Under the pieces are notes generated by a model. It searched no databases, was not told where the DNA came from, and was given only the letters and a program-made list of their open reading frames with translations. Shown here in pieces: positions 10,613 to 20,647 of a stretch of DNA of 64,000 nt. Position numbers and translations under genes: made by a program. Position 1 is the first letter of the stretch. Every line of letters begins with the position of its first letter. The DNA lies in the IMG/VR virus record IMGVR_UViG_3300021138_000002, positions 81,097-145,096 of that record. The stretch is one strand, 5' to 3'. The DNA comes from a virus.

Positions 10613-13600
10613 ATGACAAATCGTTTTCCACTAATATCTAATGCAACAGCAAATCAGATACAAGAAATCGCCGTTGGCGATTTTCTAGATTTAAGCCAAA
10701 GTGGTATAGCCAACAGCGGTAATATTACAGTAGCTTCCGGTAGCTTTTTTATCGGAGACGGATCAAAACTAACCGGAGTAACTGCCGAAGGAGCAAATGC
10801 TGCTGAGCTGATAGGAAATACTCTCAGTTCTAATGTGCTTTTTTCAAGTTTAACCTCGGTGGGCACATTGACCACTGTTAGTGTATCGGGCAATATAGGT
10901 GGCGGAAACGTTTTAACCGGTGGCCTGATCAGTGCCAGTGGCAATATTACTGGAAATTACATATTAGGTAATGGTGCTTGTTTGACTGGTGTGATCACTA
11001 GTGTGGCCAATATCAATAACGGTACTTCAAATGTCGCAATCACCACTTCGGGTGGAAATGTCAATGTGGCAATTGCCGGCAATGCTATTGCTGCATTTAC
11101 AGCCAATGGCTTGATGCCAGCTGCTAATGTCACATACAGTCTTGGATCAACTACCCAAAGATGGAAAGATCTTTGGGTCGCTAACAGTACAATTTACATG
11201 GGCAATGTCAGTCTTGCCACAACTGGAGACACATTAACGGTCAACGGTGCTAATGTTTTAACTGGTACCAATGGTGGATTTAGCACTGCTGGCAATATCA
11301 CCGGCGGTAATATTTTAAACAACGGATTGATCAGTTCAACCGGCAACAGCACAGCAGCCAATTATCAGACTGCAGGACTGGTATCAGCCACAGGTAACAT
11401 TACCGGTGGCAATGTGTTAACCGGTGCTGTATCAGCTTCGGGCAACATAACTGGCGCCAACATCTTGACTGTTGGGCTAGTAAGTGCTGGCGCCAACATT
11501 ACCAGTGCAACCAACATCAACGGTGGCAATTTGATTGCAACCGGTATAAACGGTTTTGTGAGTGCTAACGGTAACATTGTGACAGCATTTGGTAGTTTTA
11601 TTGGAACAGCTATGTCTGTGAGTGGCAACATTGCAGGCGGCAATGTCAATACCGGCAGCATCAGTCAAACCGGCAATTTATATGTGGGCGGTAGTGCCAA
11701 CATTATCGGTAACTTGAATGTGTCGGGCAACGTGACATTCGTCAACAGCAACGTGATCACAGTCAATGACTTGTACATTGAGTTGGCCAACAATATTAAC
11801 ACTTATGCCAATGCTAATTCGGCTGGATTGGCTGTTGGACCTGCCGGAAACGCATTATTCAACTGGCAATATCTTAACTCGGCTAACGCTTGGTCAACCA
11901 ACATCGGTATCAGTGCCGCAGGCAATGTCACAGTTGGCAATATTATCAACAAAGGATCTGAGACTGTTGTAGGCAATGTGATAGCAGCCGGATTCCAATA
12001 TGCCAATGGTACTCCGGTACAAGGATCAGGCGCACAAGGCACAACCGGAACACAAGGCACTACTGGAGCTCAGGGCACAACCGGAGCACAAGGAACAACA
12101 GGTGCTCAAGGCACAACTGGAACACAAGGCACAACCGGAGCTCAAGGAACGCAAGGCACTACAGGTGCACAGGGAACCACAGGTGCACAGGGCACAACTG
12201 GAGCCCAGGGCACAACTGGAGCCCAGGGCACAACTGGAGCCCAGGGAACAACTGGTGCACAAGGTACAACCGGAGCCCAAGGAACCACAGGTGCACAGGG
12301 CACAACCGGAGCACAAGGAACCACAGGAACACAAGGCACTACCGGAGCTCAAGGCACAACCGGAGCTCAAGGAACCACAGGTGCTCAAGGCACAACCGGA
12401 TCATTTAATGGCAATTTGACAGCCAATGTAAACGGCAATGGTTTCAGTATCAGCAATGTAGCTTATATCAGTACAAACAATAATATTACAGCTACCGGCA
12501 ACGTAATTGGTGGCAATTTGCTTACCACTCTTGGCATCATCAGCACTGGTGGTAACATTTTTGGCTATCAAGAGTCATTGAGTGGTTCAAGTCAAGCAGC
12601 CAGCTACAGTGCCAGTGGTAACATAACCGGCGGTAACATAAACGCGGCTGTACTAATTTCGTCTGCCGGTAATGTATACGGAAACAATTTTGTAACCGCA
12701 GGTTCGGGCGGAGCATTATCGGGCACAGGTAATATAATTGGCGGTAACTTATTGACCAGTGGTGGCATAAGTGCTACCGGACAGATCAGTGCCACAGCCA
12801 ACGTTACTGGTGGTAATGTCTTAACCGGCGGATTAGTTTCAGCCACAGCCAACGTTACTGGTGGCAATGTCTTAACCGGCGGATTAGTTTCAGCCACAGC
12901 CAACGTTACTGGTGGCAATGTCATAACCGGCGGATTAGTCAGTGCCAACGGTACCATTACTGGCGGTAACATAAACACCGGTGGCGCAATATCAGCCAAT
13001 GGCAACGTCACTATAGGTACAGTTGGCTCAGGATCAGGCACCTATATTTCCGCACAAGGAAATATATCAGCTGCCAATATCATAACAACCGGTGCCAATG
13101 TAAGCAATATCATAATGCCTGGGTCGGGATATATCAGCGCCTATGGCAATATATATGGCGGTAATTTGATAGCAACCGCCGCAAGTGGATTTGTCAGTGC
13201 CAATGGTAATATCGTGACAGCATTTGGTAGTTTTATTGGAACAGCAATGTCTGTGAGTGGCAATGTAAACAGTGGCAACATTAGAACTCTTGGTGTAGTC
13301 ACAGCGTCTGGTAACGTAGTAGCGGCCGGATTCCAATATGCCAACGGTACCGCAGTACAAGGATCTGGAGCTCAAGGCACTACCGGTACACAGGGTACTA
13401 CCGGAGCTCAAGGCACCACAGGTGCTCAAGGCACCACCGGTACACAGGGTACTACCGGAGCTCAAGGCACCACCGGTACACAGGGCACCACCGGTACACA
13501 GGGCACAACTGGGGCTCAAGGCATTCAAGGTGTAGTTGGAACACAAGGTACAGTTGGCACTACGGGTGCTCAAGGAACTGTAGGTGCTCAAGGCATTCAA

Positions 13601-15202
13601 GGTGTAGTTGGAACACAAGGTGTAGTTGGAACACAAGGTACAGTTGGCACCACAGGTGCACAAGGCACAACAGGTACAACTGGATCAACCGGAGCACAGG
13701 GAACCACAGGTGCACAAGGCACAACAGGTACAACTGGATCAACCGGTGCACAAGGAACCACAGGTGCACAAGGCACAACAGGTACAACTGGAGCACAAGG
13801 AACCACAGGTGCACAAGGCATCACTGGATCAACCGGTCTAGGATATTCTGGATTGACATCCTCAAGTAGCCAAACTATTGCATCAAGCGGCACATTCACG
13901 CTTACCACAAACTTGGCATCAACAGCGACAGCGTTTGCCATTGGACAACGTGTACGAGTATTCAACACACCAACTCCGGCCAACTTTATTGAGGGTACTA
14001 TTGCCACGTTCTCTAGTACTTCGATGACTGTAACCATAACTAACAGCGGCGGTTCGGGAACATTCAGTGCTTGGACTATTGTTGACGCAGGTGTACAAGG
14101 TGCACAAGGTACAACAGGTACAACCGGTAGCCAAGGTACCACAGGTAACACTGGTAGCCAAGGTACAGCTGGTACCAACGGAAACAACGGAAGCCAAGGT
14201 ACAACAGGTACTACAGGTAGCCAAGGTACCGCTGGTAACAACGGAAATAACGGAAGCCAAGGTACTGCTGGTAACAACGGAAACAACGGAAGCCAAGGTA
14301 CAACAGGTACAACCGGTAGCCAGGGTGCCACTGGACCACAGGGCAATCAGGGTAACACCGGTACACAAGGTACTACAGGTACAACCGGTAGCCAAGGCAC
14401 AACAGGACCACAAGGCAATCAGGGTAATACTGGTAGCCAAGGTACTACAGGTGCAACAGGTAGCCAAGGTGCGACTGGACCACAGGGCAATCAGGGTAAT
14501 ACAGGTAGCCAAGGCGCAACAGGACCACAGGGCAATCAGGGTAATACAGGTAGCCAAGGTACTACAGGTGCAACAGGTAACCAAGGTAATCCGGGTAATA
14601 CCGGTAGCCAAGGTACTGCTGGATCAACTGGTAGCCAAGGTGCCACAGGTCCAAGCACAGCAATCAATGCCACGGCAGTTAGTACCGGTACATACTATCC
14701 GGTATTTGTTGCCTCAGCTGGATCAAATCAGACTCCAAGCATAAGAACCACTGCTACTGCATTCAGCTTCAATGCTGGAACCAACGTGCTTACTGTTACT
14801 GCAACCACAGCACAATACGCCGACTTGGCAGAATGCTATGCAGCCGATGCCGAATATGCTCCTGGAACAGTAGTAGTGTTTGGTGGAACAAACGAAGTCA
14901 CAATCAGCGATATCGCAAGTAATCCTGCGGTAGCTGGTGTGGTCAGTACCGAACCAGCTCACTTGATGAATGCATTCCAACCGGGCAAAAACATAGTACC
15001 AGTTGCGTTGGTTGGACGTGTGCCTTGTCAAGTTACGGGTACGATCACCAAGGGCGATCGTTTGGTGACCAGCTCCATTCCGGGTGTGGCAGTTCGACTA
15101 GATCCAGATCTATATCAACCAGGTTGCTTGATTGGTAAAGCCCTGCAAGACTACGACAGTGACGCCATTGGCACCATCGAAGTAGCGGTAGGTCGAGCCT
15201 AA
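10613..15202 (+). CDS. Fibre protein with GN repeats, three collagen-like blocks and a C-terminal intramolecular chaperone/autocleavage (peptidase G2-like) domain
   Basis: (GAQGTT)n blocks. C-terminus [35 protein letters not shown] resembles the phi29 gp12-type chaperone. Confidence 0.8.
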   Translation: MTNRFPLISNATANQIQEIAVGDFLDLSQSGIANSGNITVASGSFFIGDGSKLTGVTAEGANAAELIGNTLSSNVLFSSLTSVGTLTTVSVSGNIGGGNVLTGGLISASGNITGNYILGNGACLTGVITSVANINNGTSNVAITTSGGNVNVAIAGNAIAAFTANGLMPAANVTYSLGSTTQRWKDLWVANSTIYMGNVSLATTGDTLTVNGANVLTGTNGGFSTAGNITGGNILNNGLISSTGNSTAANYQTAGLVSATGNITGGNVLTGAVSASGNITGANILTVGLVSAGANITSATNINGGNLIATGINGFVSANGNIVTAFGSFIGTAMSVSGNIAGGNVNTGSISQTGNLYVGGSANIIGNLNVSGNVTFVNSNVITVNDLYIELANNINTYANANSAGLAVGPAGNALFNWQYLNSANAWSTNIGISAAGNVTVGNIINKGSETVVGNVIAAGFQYANGTPVQGSGAQGTTGTQGTTGAQGTTGAQGTTGAQGTTGTQGTTGAQGTQGTTGAQGTTGAQGTTGAQGTTGAQGTTGAQGTTGAQGTTGAQGTTGAQGTTGAQGTTGTQGTTGAQGTTGAQGTTGAQGTTGSFNGNLTANVNGNGFSISNVAYISTNNNITATGNVIGGNLLTTLGIISTGGNIFGYQESLSGSSQAASYSASGNITGGNINAAVLISSAGNVYGNNFVTAGSGGALSGTGNIIGGNLLTSGGISATGQISATANVTGGNVLTGGLVSATANVTGGNVLTGGLVSATANVTGGNVITGGLVSANGTITGGNINTGGAISANGNVTIGTVGSGSGTYISAQGNISAANIITTGANVSNIIMPGSGYISAYGNIYGGNLIATAASGFVSANGNIVTAFGSFIGTAMSVSGNVNSGNIRTLGVVTASGNVVAAGFQYANGTAVQGSGAQGTTGTQGTTGAQGTTGAQGTTGTQGTTGAQGTTGTQGTTGTQGTTGAQGIQGVVGTQGTVGTTGAQGTVGAQGIQGVVGTQGVVGTQGTVGTTGAQGTTGTTGSTGAQGTTGAQGTTGTTGSTGAQGTTGAQGTTGTTGAQGTTGAQGITGSTGLGYSGLTSSSSQTIASSGTFTLTTNLASTATAFAIGQRVRVFNTPTPANFIEGTIATFSSTSMTVTITNSGGSGTFSAWTIVDAGVQGAQGTTGTTGSQGTTGNTGSQGTAGTNGNNGSQGTTGTTGSQGTAGNNGNNGSQGTAGNNGNNGSQGTTGTTGSQGATGPQGNQGNTGTQGTTGTTGSQGTTGPQGNQGNTGSQGTTGATGSQGATGPQGNQGNTGSQGATGPQGNQGNTGSQGTTGATGNQGNPGNTGSQGTAGSTGSQGATGPSTAINATAVSTGTYYPVFVASAGSNQTPSIRTTATAFSFNAGTNVLTVTATTAQYADLAECYAADAEYAPGTVVVFGGTNEVTISDIASNPAVAGVVSTEPAHLMNAFQPGKNIVPVALVGRVPCQVTGTITKGDRLVTSSIPGVAVRLDPDLYQPGCLIGKALQDYDSDAIGTIEVAVGRA
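12026..12400 (+). repeat. Collagen-like block 1, (GAQGTT)n, 18-bp unit
   Basis: Uninterrupted Gly-X-Y triplets. Confidence 0.9.
12791..12940 (+). repeat. Three near-identical 51-bp tandem repeats ([17 protein letters not shown])
   Basis: Units start at 12791, 12842 and 12893. Confidence 0.9.
13367..13840 (+). repeat. Collagen-like block 2 ([12 protein letters not shown])
   Basis: Gly-X-Y triplets. Confidence 0.9.
14090..14655 (+). repeat. Collagen-like block 3 (GSQ/GNQ/GPQ/GNN)
   Basis: Gly-X-Y triplets, separated from block 2 by an ~80-aa globular module. Confidence 0.9.
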
Positions 15203-15252
15203 AACACACAAAAATATCAGTACTATCATTCGGCAGTCATAAATGATAGTAC

Positions 15253-16260
15253 ATGATGAACATTGCACAACAAATCAAAAAAACCGGCCTGGTAAAATCC
15301 TCACTTGATCGGGGTGGAAGCATACATCCCTTGATCATTCCAGCCGAGCTCACAAACGGTACTGGGCTGATGAATCCCAGCATTTACTTGGACAACGATC
15401 AACTGGTGGTCAACATACGCCACGTAAATTACACCTTGTATCACTCAGAGAATAAAAAATTCCAACACAGATACGGACCTTTGCAGTACCTACATCCTGA
15501 AAATGACCGTAATCTGCGTACCTGGAACTTTTATTGTACACTGAACGATGATCTTTCTCTGAGCCAAATCACCACAGTGGACACATCAAAACTGGATGTT
15601 GAACCAATCTGGGAGTTTGTTGGCTTGGAAGATGCTAGACTGTTTAGATGGGACAACAAGATGTATCTGTGCGGAGTACGCAGGGACACTACCACAAACG
15701 GCCAAGGTCGTATGGAACTCAGCGAACTCAGTGTCAAAACCAATATTGTAAGAGAAATCAAACGTACCCGGATTCCGGCACCGGGTGCCAACGCTACCTA
15801 CTGCGAAAAAAACTGGATGCCCATCATAGATCAGCCGTTCCACTATGTCAAATGGTCCAATCCTACCGAAGTGGTCCGATTCAATCCGATCGATGGAACT
15901 ACTGTGACAGTGCATCTGGATGAAACCAAATTCATAAGCGGTCAACCTGATTTCCGCGGTAGCAGTCAAGTCATACCCTACGGCGATTACTACCTGGCAC
16001 TCATACACGAAGTTGATTTATTCAAAAGCGAAACTGGCGAAAAAGATGCGGCCTACAAGCATAGATTTTTGGTCTGGGATCGGTCATGGAATATTGTAAA
16101 ATTTACCGACTCATTCACTTTCATGAATGCCGACATTGAGTTTTGTTGTGGTGCTACCTTCTTCCAAGATGATTTACTGTTGAGTTTTGGCTTCCAAGAC
16201 AACTGTGCTTTTATCTTGCGTATGCCCACGACCATGCTGGCAGAATATCTAGGAGTTTGA
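15253..16260 (+). CDS. Five-bladed beta-propeller glycoside hydrolase/phosphorylase-like protein (GH130/GH43-like fold)
   Basis: Motifs NPSI, GLEDARL, EKNWMP, RGSS, IEFCCG, SFG.QD. Confidence 0.6.
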   Translation: MMNIAQQIKKTGLVKSSLDRGGSIHPLIIPAELTNGTGLMNPSIYLDNDQLVVNIRHVNYTLYHSENKKFQHRYGPLQYLHPENDRNLRTWNFYCTLNDDLSLSQITTVDTSKLDVEPIWEFVGLEDARLFRWDNKMYLCGVRRDTTTNGQGRMELSELSVKTNIVREIKRTRIPAPGANATYCEKNWMPIIDQPFHYVKWSNPTEVVRFNPIDGTTVTVHLDETKFISGQPDFRGSSQVIPYGDYYLALIHEVDLFKSETGEKDAAYKHRFLVWDRSWNIVKFTDSFTFMNADIEFCCGATFFQDDLLLSFGFQDNCAFILRMPTTMLAEYLGV

Positions 16261-16261
16261 C

Positions 16262-18151
16262 ATGCTGACCCAATGCTTACACGAATATATACAGAATCCC
16301 AATTTGGCCCAGGCCAATTTTGATCTAGGCTGGGCCTATGAATCAATAGGACAAACCGGGGCAGCCATCAGTTTTTATTTGCGTACTGCTGAACGATCTG
16401 AAACTGATCTTGAGCAATACGAAGCCCTGTTAAGGATGGCCTTGTGTTTTGAACGCCAACGCACCAGAGATGACACCGAAAAAGTCATACTGCAAAAAGC
16501 CATCAGCTTGTTACCCAGGAGACCCGAAGCCTATTTCGTATTGAGTCGCTTGCACGAAGTCAATCGCGAATGGCACGATGCTTATACCATGGCCAGCATT
16601 GGATTGTCCACTTGTGATTTTGATTTGCCCGCACTGTCAACTGATGTACAATATCCAGGAAGATATGGACTGCTGTTTGAAAAGGGTGTAGCTGCATGGT
16701 GGGTGGGACAGACCGAACAGTCTAGAGAGATCATGCATGATCTAAAATTCAGTCACCGCATAACCGAAGCGTTCACAAACGCAGTCAACAGGAATCTGGC
16801 CAGCATAGGATGGCCAAACACCACAACTCCGTACAAGCCCGACATGCAATCACGGTCTCGGGTACAATTTGCCGGTATTGCCACAGTTGAAAAGAATTAC
16901 TCACAGAGCTATCAAGATCTTTTTGTGTTATCAGCTACCAACGGAAAACGACAAGGTCGTTATTTGGAAATTGGCAGTGCTGAGCCATTCAAAAACAACA
17001 ACACAGCACTGTTGGAAACTGAATTTGGTTGGACCGGAGTCAGTGTAGATATCAATCAAGCTGTGGTAACCGACTTCATGAACAAACGCAACAATCTTGT
17101 GTTCTGTTTAGATGCTACCAAAATTGACTACGCCAAGTTCCTGGCCACGCTGGGATTTGCTGGCGACATGGACTATTTGCAAGTAGATTGCGATCCGCCC
17201 ACTTACTCGTTTGAAATATTGAAACGCATTCCTTTTGATCAGATGAGATTTGCTACTATCACGTTCGAGCACGATTACTATGTGGATACCACGATCAGGG
17301 ATCAAGCAAGACAATATTTACGATCAAAAGGATATCGGTTGGCCGCTGGCAACGTGGCCTACAACAAGATACACAGCTACGAAGATTGGTGGATACATCC
17401 TGACTTGGTTGATCCGGCTATACAGAAACTGTTGATAGAACCCGATGACACAATTAAATTTGCCGGTGATTATCTTTTTCCGACCGAGACTGTGGCATTG
17501 CCAACCATCGCCGTTGAACCAGATCTGCCGGCAATCAATCGACCCAGATCAGTCATCTCAAGACCCAAGTCTGACTTGATCAATGCCAACTACATGCCGG
17601 GATTCTGGGTGGTGGACAATTTTTATAGTGATCCTGATGCTGTCAGAGCTTTTGCGTTACAACAAGAATATGAGCCCAGTGGTCCGGGAAAACCTTACAT
17701 AGGCAGTCGTACCTACAAGCAATTTTTGTTTCCTGGCCTCAAGGAAGAATTTGAATACATCATGGGCAGAAAAATAACCGAATGGGAATCGCACGGCATG
17801 AACGGTCGATTCCAGTTCAATGTCGAGGGCGAACCCTTGGTCTATCATGCCGATCTACAACAGTGGGCGGCCATGTTGTATCTCACTCCCAATGCTCCTT
17901 ATCAAACAGGAACCATGACACACGCTCTCAAAGGCACAGACATACGACACAGCAGTCATCCTGAGTTTGGTCGCTGTTTTAGACCGGGTTCAAGAAATCT
18001 TGACAAAACACCGTTTGAAGATGTGGATATCCTGGGTAATGTGTACAACCGCCTGGTCATATTCAATGCCGGATACCTGCACAGTGCTTGTGGGTATTTT
18101 GGTTGGACACAAGAAAATTCACGATTGTGGCAAATGTTCTTTTTTGATTAA
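16262..18151 (+). CDS. Fusion of TPR, FkbM-like SAM methyltransferase and 2OG-Fe(II) oxygenase-like (DUF6445-type) domains
   Basis: TPR helices (RPEAYFVLSR). MTase motifs YSQSYQD..YLEIGS..DYLQVD..ITFEHD..EDWW. Oxygenase motifs VVDNFY..HAD..LYLTP..YNRLVIF..H..R. Confidence 0.7.
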   Translation: MLTQCLHEYIQNPNLAQANFDLGWAYESIGQTGAAISFYLRTAERSETDLEQYEALLRMALCFERQRTRDDTEKVILQKAISLLPRRPEAYFVLSRLHEVNREWHDAYTMASIGLSTCDFDLPALSTDVQYPGRYGLLFEKGVAAWWVGQTEQSREIMHDLKFSHRITEAFTNAVNRNLASIGWPNTTTPYKPDMQSRSRVQFAGIATVEKNYSQSYQDLFVLSATNGKRQGRYLEIGSAEPFKNNNTALLETEFGWTGVSVDINQAVVTDFMNKRNNLVFCLDATKIDYAKFLATLGFAGDMDYLQVDCDPPTYSFEILKRIPFDQMRFATITFEHDYYVDTTIRDQARQYLRSKGYRLAAGNVAYNKIHSYEDWWIHPDLVDPAIQKLLIEPDDTIKFAGDYLFPTETVALPTIAVEPDLPAINRPRSVISRPKSDLINANYMPGFWVVDNFYSDPDAVRAFALQQEYEPSGPGKPYIGSRTYKQFLFPGLKEEFEYIMGRKITEWESHGMNGRFQFNVEGEPLVYHADLQQWAAMLYLTPNAPYQTGTMTHALKGTDIRHSSHPEFGRCFRPGSRNLDKTPFEDVDILGNVYNRLVIFNAGYLHSACGYFGWTQENSRLWQMFFFD

Positions 18152-18172
18152 ATATTACAACAAGGAACAACC

Positions 18173-18835
18173 ATGGACGCACGATACAGACGAGATTATC
18201 CCGGAGAGTTTGTAATACTAAACACCCGCTGGGCCGGTGGTAAAAAAGAAGAAACACGAGAGTGGATTGCCAACCCTATTGAAAATCATCATATCAGCGG
18301 CCGTGCTGCCTGCATAGGACACACAGCAGAAAAACAATACTTTGACTATACACGACTACAACGCCATCGAGGCGGTTTGCTTGGTTCAAAAAAATTACAA
18401 ACCTATGGCATAGGTGATATAGCTCAAGAAATGCGACTGGATTTCACAATCGAAACACGCAGACCGCAGTTGGCTGACTTGATCGAATCTGGATATACCA
18501 AAAACAACATCGTGTATACTGATGCCAGAAACTGTATCACCAACCCAGGCGAATTTTATCTTATTCCTTACAAGCCCAAATTGCTGGACCTGGTCATACT
18601 CATGTATTTGGCCGCATTTGACGGACACAGCGAAATATTCATGATAGGTTACCACAAAGAAACTGACGCAGGGAATCCCGGCTGGATCGATCAGGTCTGT
18701 GAAGTGATGCGTGCCTATTCGGGTACTCAATTTACTTTTGCTGGTGAACCCACAAACATGCCCGACAGTTGGTTGGATTTGCCCAATGCTCGTGCGTTAA
18801 ACTATCGAGACTTCATAGGCTACTGCGACATTTGA
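18173..18835 (+). CDS. Maf/MptE/sialyltransferase-fold-like protein (degenerate)
   Basis: ACIG..TYG..D and LAAFDGHSEIFMIGY resemble the A..G...IYL.G.D signature. Confidence 0.4.
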   Translation: MDARYRRDYPGEFVILNTRWAGGKKEETREWIANPIENHHISGRAACIGHTAEKQYFDYTRLQRHRGGLLGSKKLQTYGIGDIAQEMRLDFTIETRRPQLADLIESGYTKNNIVYTDARNCITNPGEFYLIPYKPKLLDLVILMYLAAFDGHSEIFMIGYHKETDAGNPGWIDQVCEVMRAYSGTQFTFAGEPTNMPDSWLDLPNARALNYRDFIGYCDI

Positions 18836-19260
18836 ATCTGTGCTTCCATCACATGGATTTTGTCTTGCACAGCATCAAAATTCACGGTGCTCCATAGTCC
18901 CGGATGTAAAGGTTTAGGCCAGCGTCCGGATGCTATCCAGGCCCAACCCACGTGCTCGTCGTTTAGGACCGGTGCGAATTCGGCCGACACACTGCAAAAA
19001 AATGTATGATACGCAAAGCCCGAATCGGCTGTGGTAAATTTTTCCAAAGGTACCAGTTTCAAATAGTCGGGCATTGAGCCCAATTCCTCAGTGCATTCTC
19101 GCACCATGGCCTGCATGAGAGTTTCTCCAGGTTCAACACGACCGCCTGGTAATCCCCAGGTGTCTGGATGCTTGTGATCGTTACGCATGAGATACAGGTA
19201 GGTGTTGGTTTTCACACTATAAAACCAAATGCCCACTGCATTTACAATACCAGAGTCCAT
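18820..19260 (-). CDS. Nudix hydrolase (start probably at 19260)
   Basis: Nudix box GGRVEPGETLMQAMVRECTEELG; C-terminal LNDEH..W..PLHPG. Confidence 0.9.
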   Translation of the reverse strand: MDSGIVNAVGIWFYSVKTNTYLYLMRNDHKHPDTWGLPGGRVEPGETLMQAMVRECTEELGSMPDYLKLVPLEKFTTADSGFAYHTFFCSVSAEFAPVLNDEHVGWAWIASGRWPKPLHPGLWSTVNFDAVQDKIHVMEAQIQMSQ

Positions 19261-20645
19261 GAGCCTCCTTTGTATAGACCTTGATAGCTTTTGACCCAAG
19301 CGTCGCCGGTCCATCTATATTGCAGTTCGGTGTTTATGTTGGTCACATACTGATAGTTGTCGGGGCTGGTTGTGCTGTCAAAAGACACCACCCAACTGCC
19401 GCCATCATATTCCACGATGTCATTGGCATTGGCCACCATGGGTTGTCCAGCCAGACCCGACCATGCAGCAGCATTGGCAGTGTTGTCGTTCCAACTGCCG
19501 GTGCTTTCGGTCAGCAAATATCTAGTGCCTTCCGCAGCGTCAGGCAGGCCGGCTCCGGGTCCACTCAACAACGGATTGATAACAGCGTTGACCGGTGACA
19601 GGGTATTGGCTGGCACAGTGTCTATGTTCACATTGAACAACAAGAATCTATCATCGGTAGGATCAAAACTCACAGTGCCGATCACATCGGTGCCGTCGGG
19701 CTGTTCCAGGCTGACATAACTGATTCCCGGTCTCAATGTACCATACATGCCGACCACAGAGGACCACATGAGGTTGCTGTCTGGACTGTCTGGCGGAATC
19801 AAACTGGCGTCAGACTGATCGATCACTTCGGGTGCTCTTAACACTTGTAGAGTGTTGTTGATCAACAACACCTGATAGTTGAAAGGTGTAAAGGCCTGTC
19901 TGGTTCCTAGCAATAGATCGTTATCAGTAATGGCCAAGCTGGCGTCACCGTTGGCATTGTAGATACTAGCCACGATGCGTTCGACCACGCCCAGCTTTTT
20001 GACCTTGGCTGGACTGGAAATCCACATGGGCAATTTGAATCTTAAGGTGGCTATGTCGATGGGATTTTCTGTACCTACCGGAATACTGCGACTGCTCCAC
20101 GTGACATCATCCAAATATAACGTACTGAGACTGGTCCAATCTATGTAGTTATCGGTACTTTGTATTTCTAAACTGGGATTGAATAGCACCAGGATCTGTT
20201 CCAACAACTGCATTTTTTGATTGGTATTCGACGTCCATAGGTCCAAATTTATTGTGAGTTCAAACGGCACTGGCATGACTCGATCTATGGTAAATGCATT
20301 GCCTTGCGTGGTTTCGTAAGTGTCGGTCATGCTGTCGTAGGTTCTTTGACGCACCTGGATGGTGCTGACAAAGTTGGGCTCCTGGATCATGGACCTGTTG
20401 TATTTGAGATCAGTAATATAAAAAGTCATTAACGGCGTGCTGGGCAATTCATTAGCCGAGTTTTGTTGTATGATGGTCTGGGCCTGTCGGCTGCTGTCAC
20501 CGTAGCGTACTGGCACACGAACTAGTGTGTCGTTTTTACCTTCTTCGTTGCGACCGTATTCAACTTGAAAGTTACTAAAAATCCTAGAAAATTGCAAAAG
20601 GAATCTTCTGATCTGGGCATCATAAAAATATTGTGTAACTGCCAT
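19242..20645 (-). CDS. gp15: Tail sheath terminator/stabiliser (T4 gp15-like) with C-terminal extension
   Basis: YFYD.QIRR..F..IF, VPVRYG, PVPFELTINL..MQLLEQILVLFNP; adjacent to gp14. Confidence 0.8.
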   Translation of the reverse strand: MAVTQYFYDAQIRRFLLQFSRIFSNFQVEYGRNEEGKNDTLVRVPVRYGDSSRQAQTIIQQNSANELPSTPLMTFYITDLKYNRSMIQEPNFVSTIQVRQRTYDSMTDTYETTQGNAFTIDRVMPVPFELTINLDLWTSNTNQKMQLLEQILVLFNPSLEIQSTDNYIDWTSLSTLYLDDVTWSSRSIPVGTENPIDIATLRFKLPMWISSPAKVKKLGVVERIVASIYNANGDASLAITDNDLLLGTRQAFTPFNYQVLLINNTLQVLRAPEVIDQSDASLIPPDSPDSNLMWSSVVGMYGTLRPGISYVSLEQPDGTDVIGTVSFDPTDDRFLLFNVNIDTVPANTLSPVNAVINPLLSGPGAGLPDAAEGTRYLLTESTGSWNDNTANAAAWSGLAGQPMVANANDIVEYDGGSWVVSFDSTTSPDNYQYVTNINTELQYRWTGDAWVKSYQGLYKGGSWTLVL

Positions 20646-20647
20646 GA

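Noticed and set aside
8472-11917. Duplicated 267-bp segment as a diversity-generating retroelement TR/VR pair
   Set aside because: Differences are mostly synonymous and not adenine-specific, both copies are coding, and no reverse transcriptase is in the window.
12026-14655. Short tandem repeats as a possible CRISPR array
   Set aside because: They are in-frame coding repeats with synonymous variation and no unique spacers; no cas genes are present.
1084-14744. Many antisense and alternative-frame ORFs over the fibre genes (e.g. 7802-8620, 13597-14346, 14067-14744)
   Set aside because: They are shadows of stop-poor GN and Gly-X-Y repeats (LPPV, PVVPCA patterns), with no SD or promoter.
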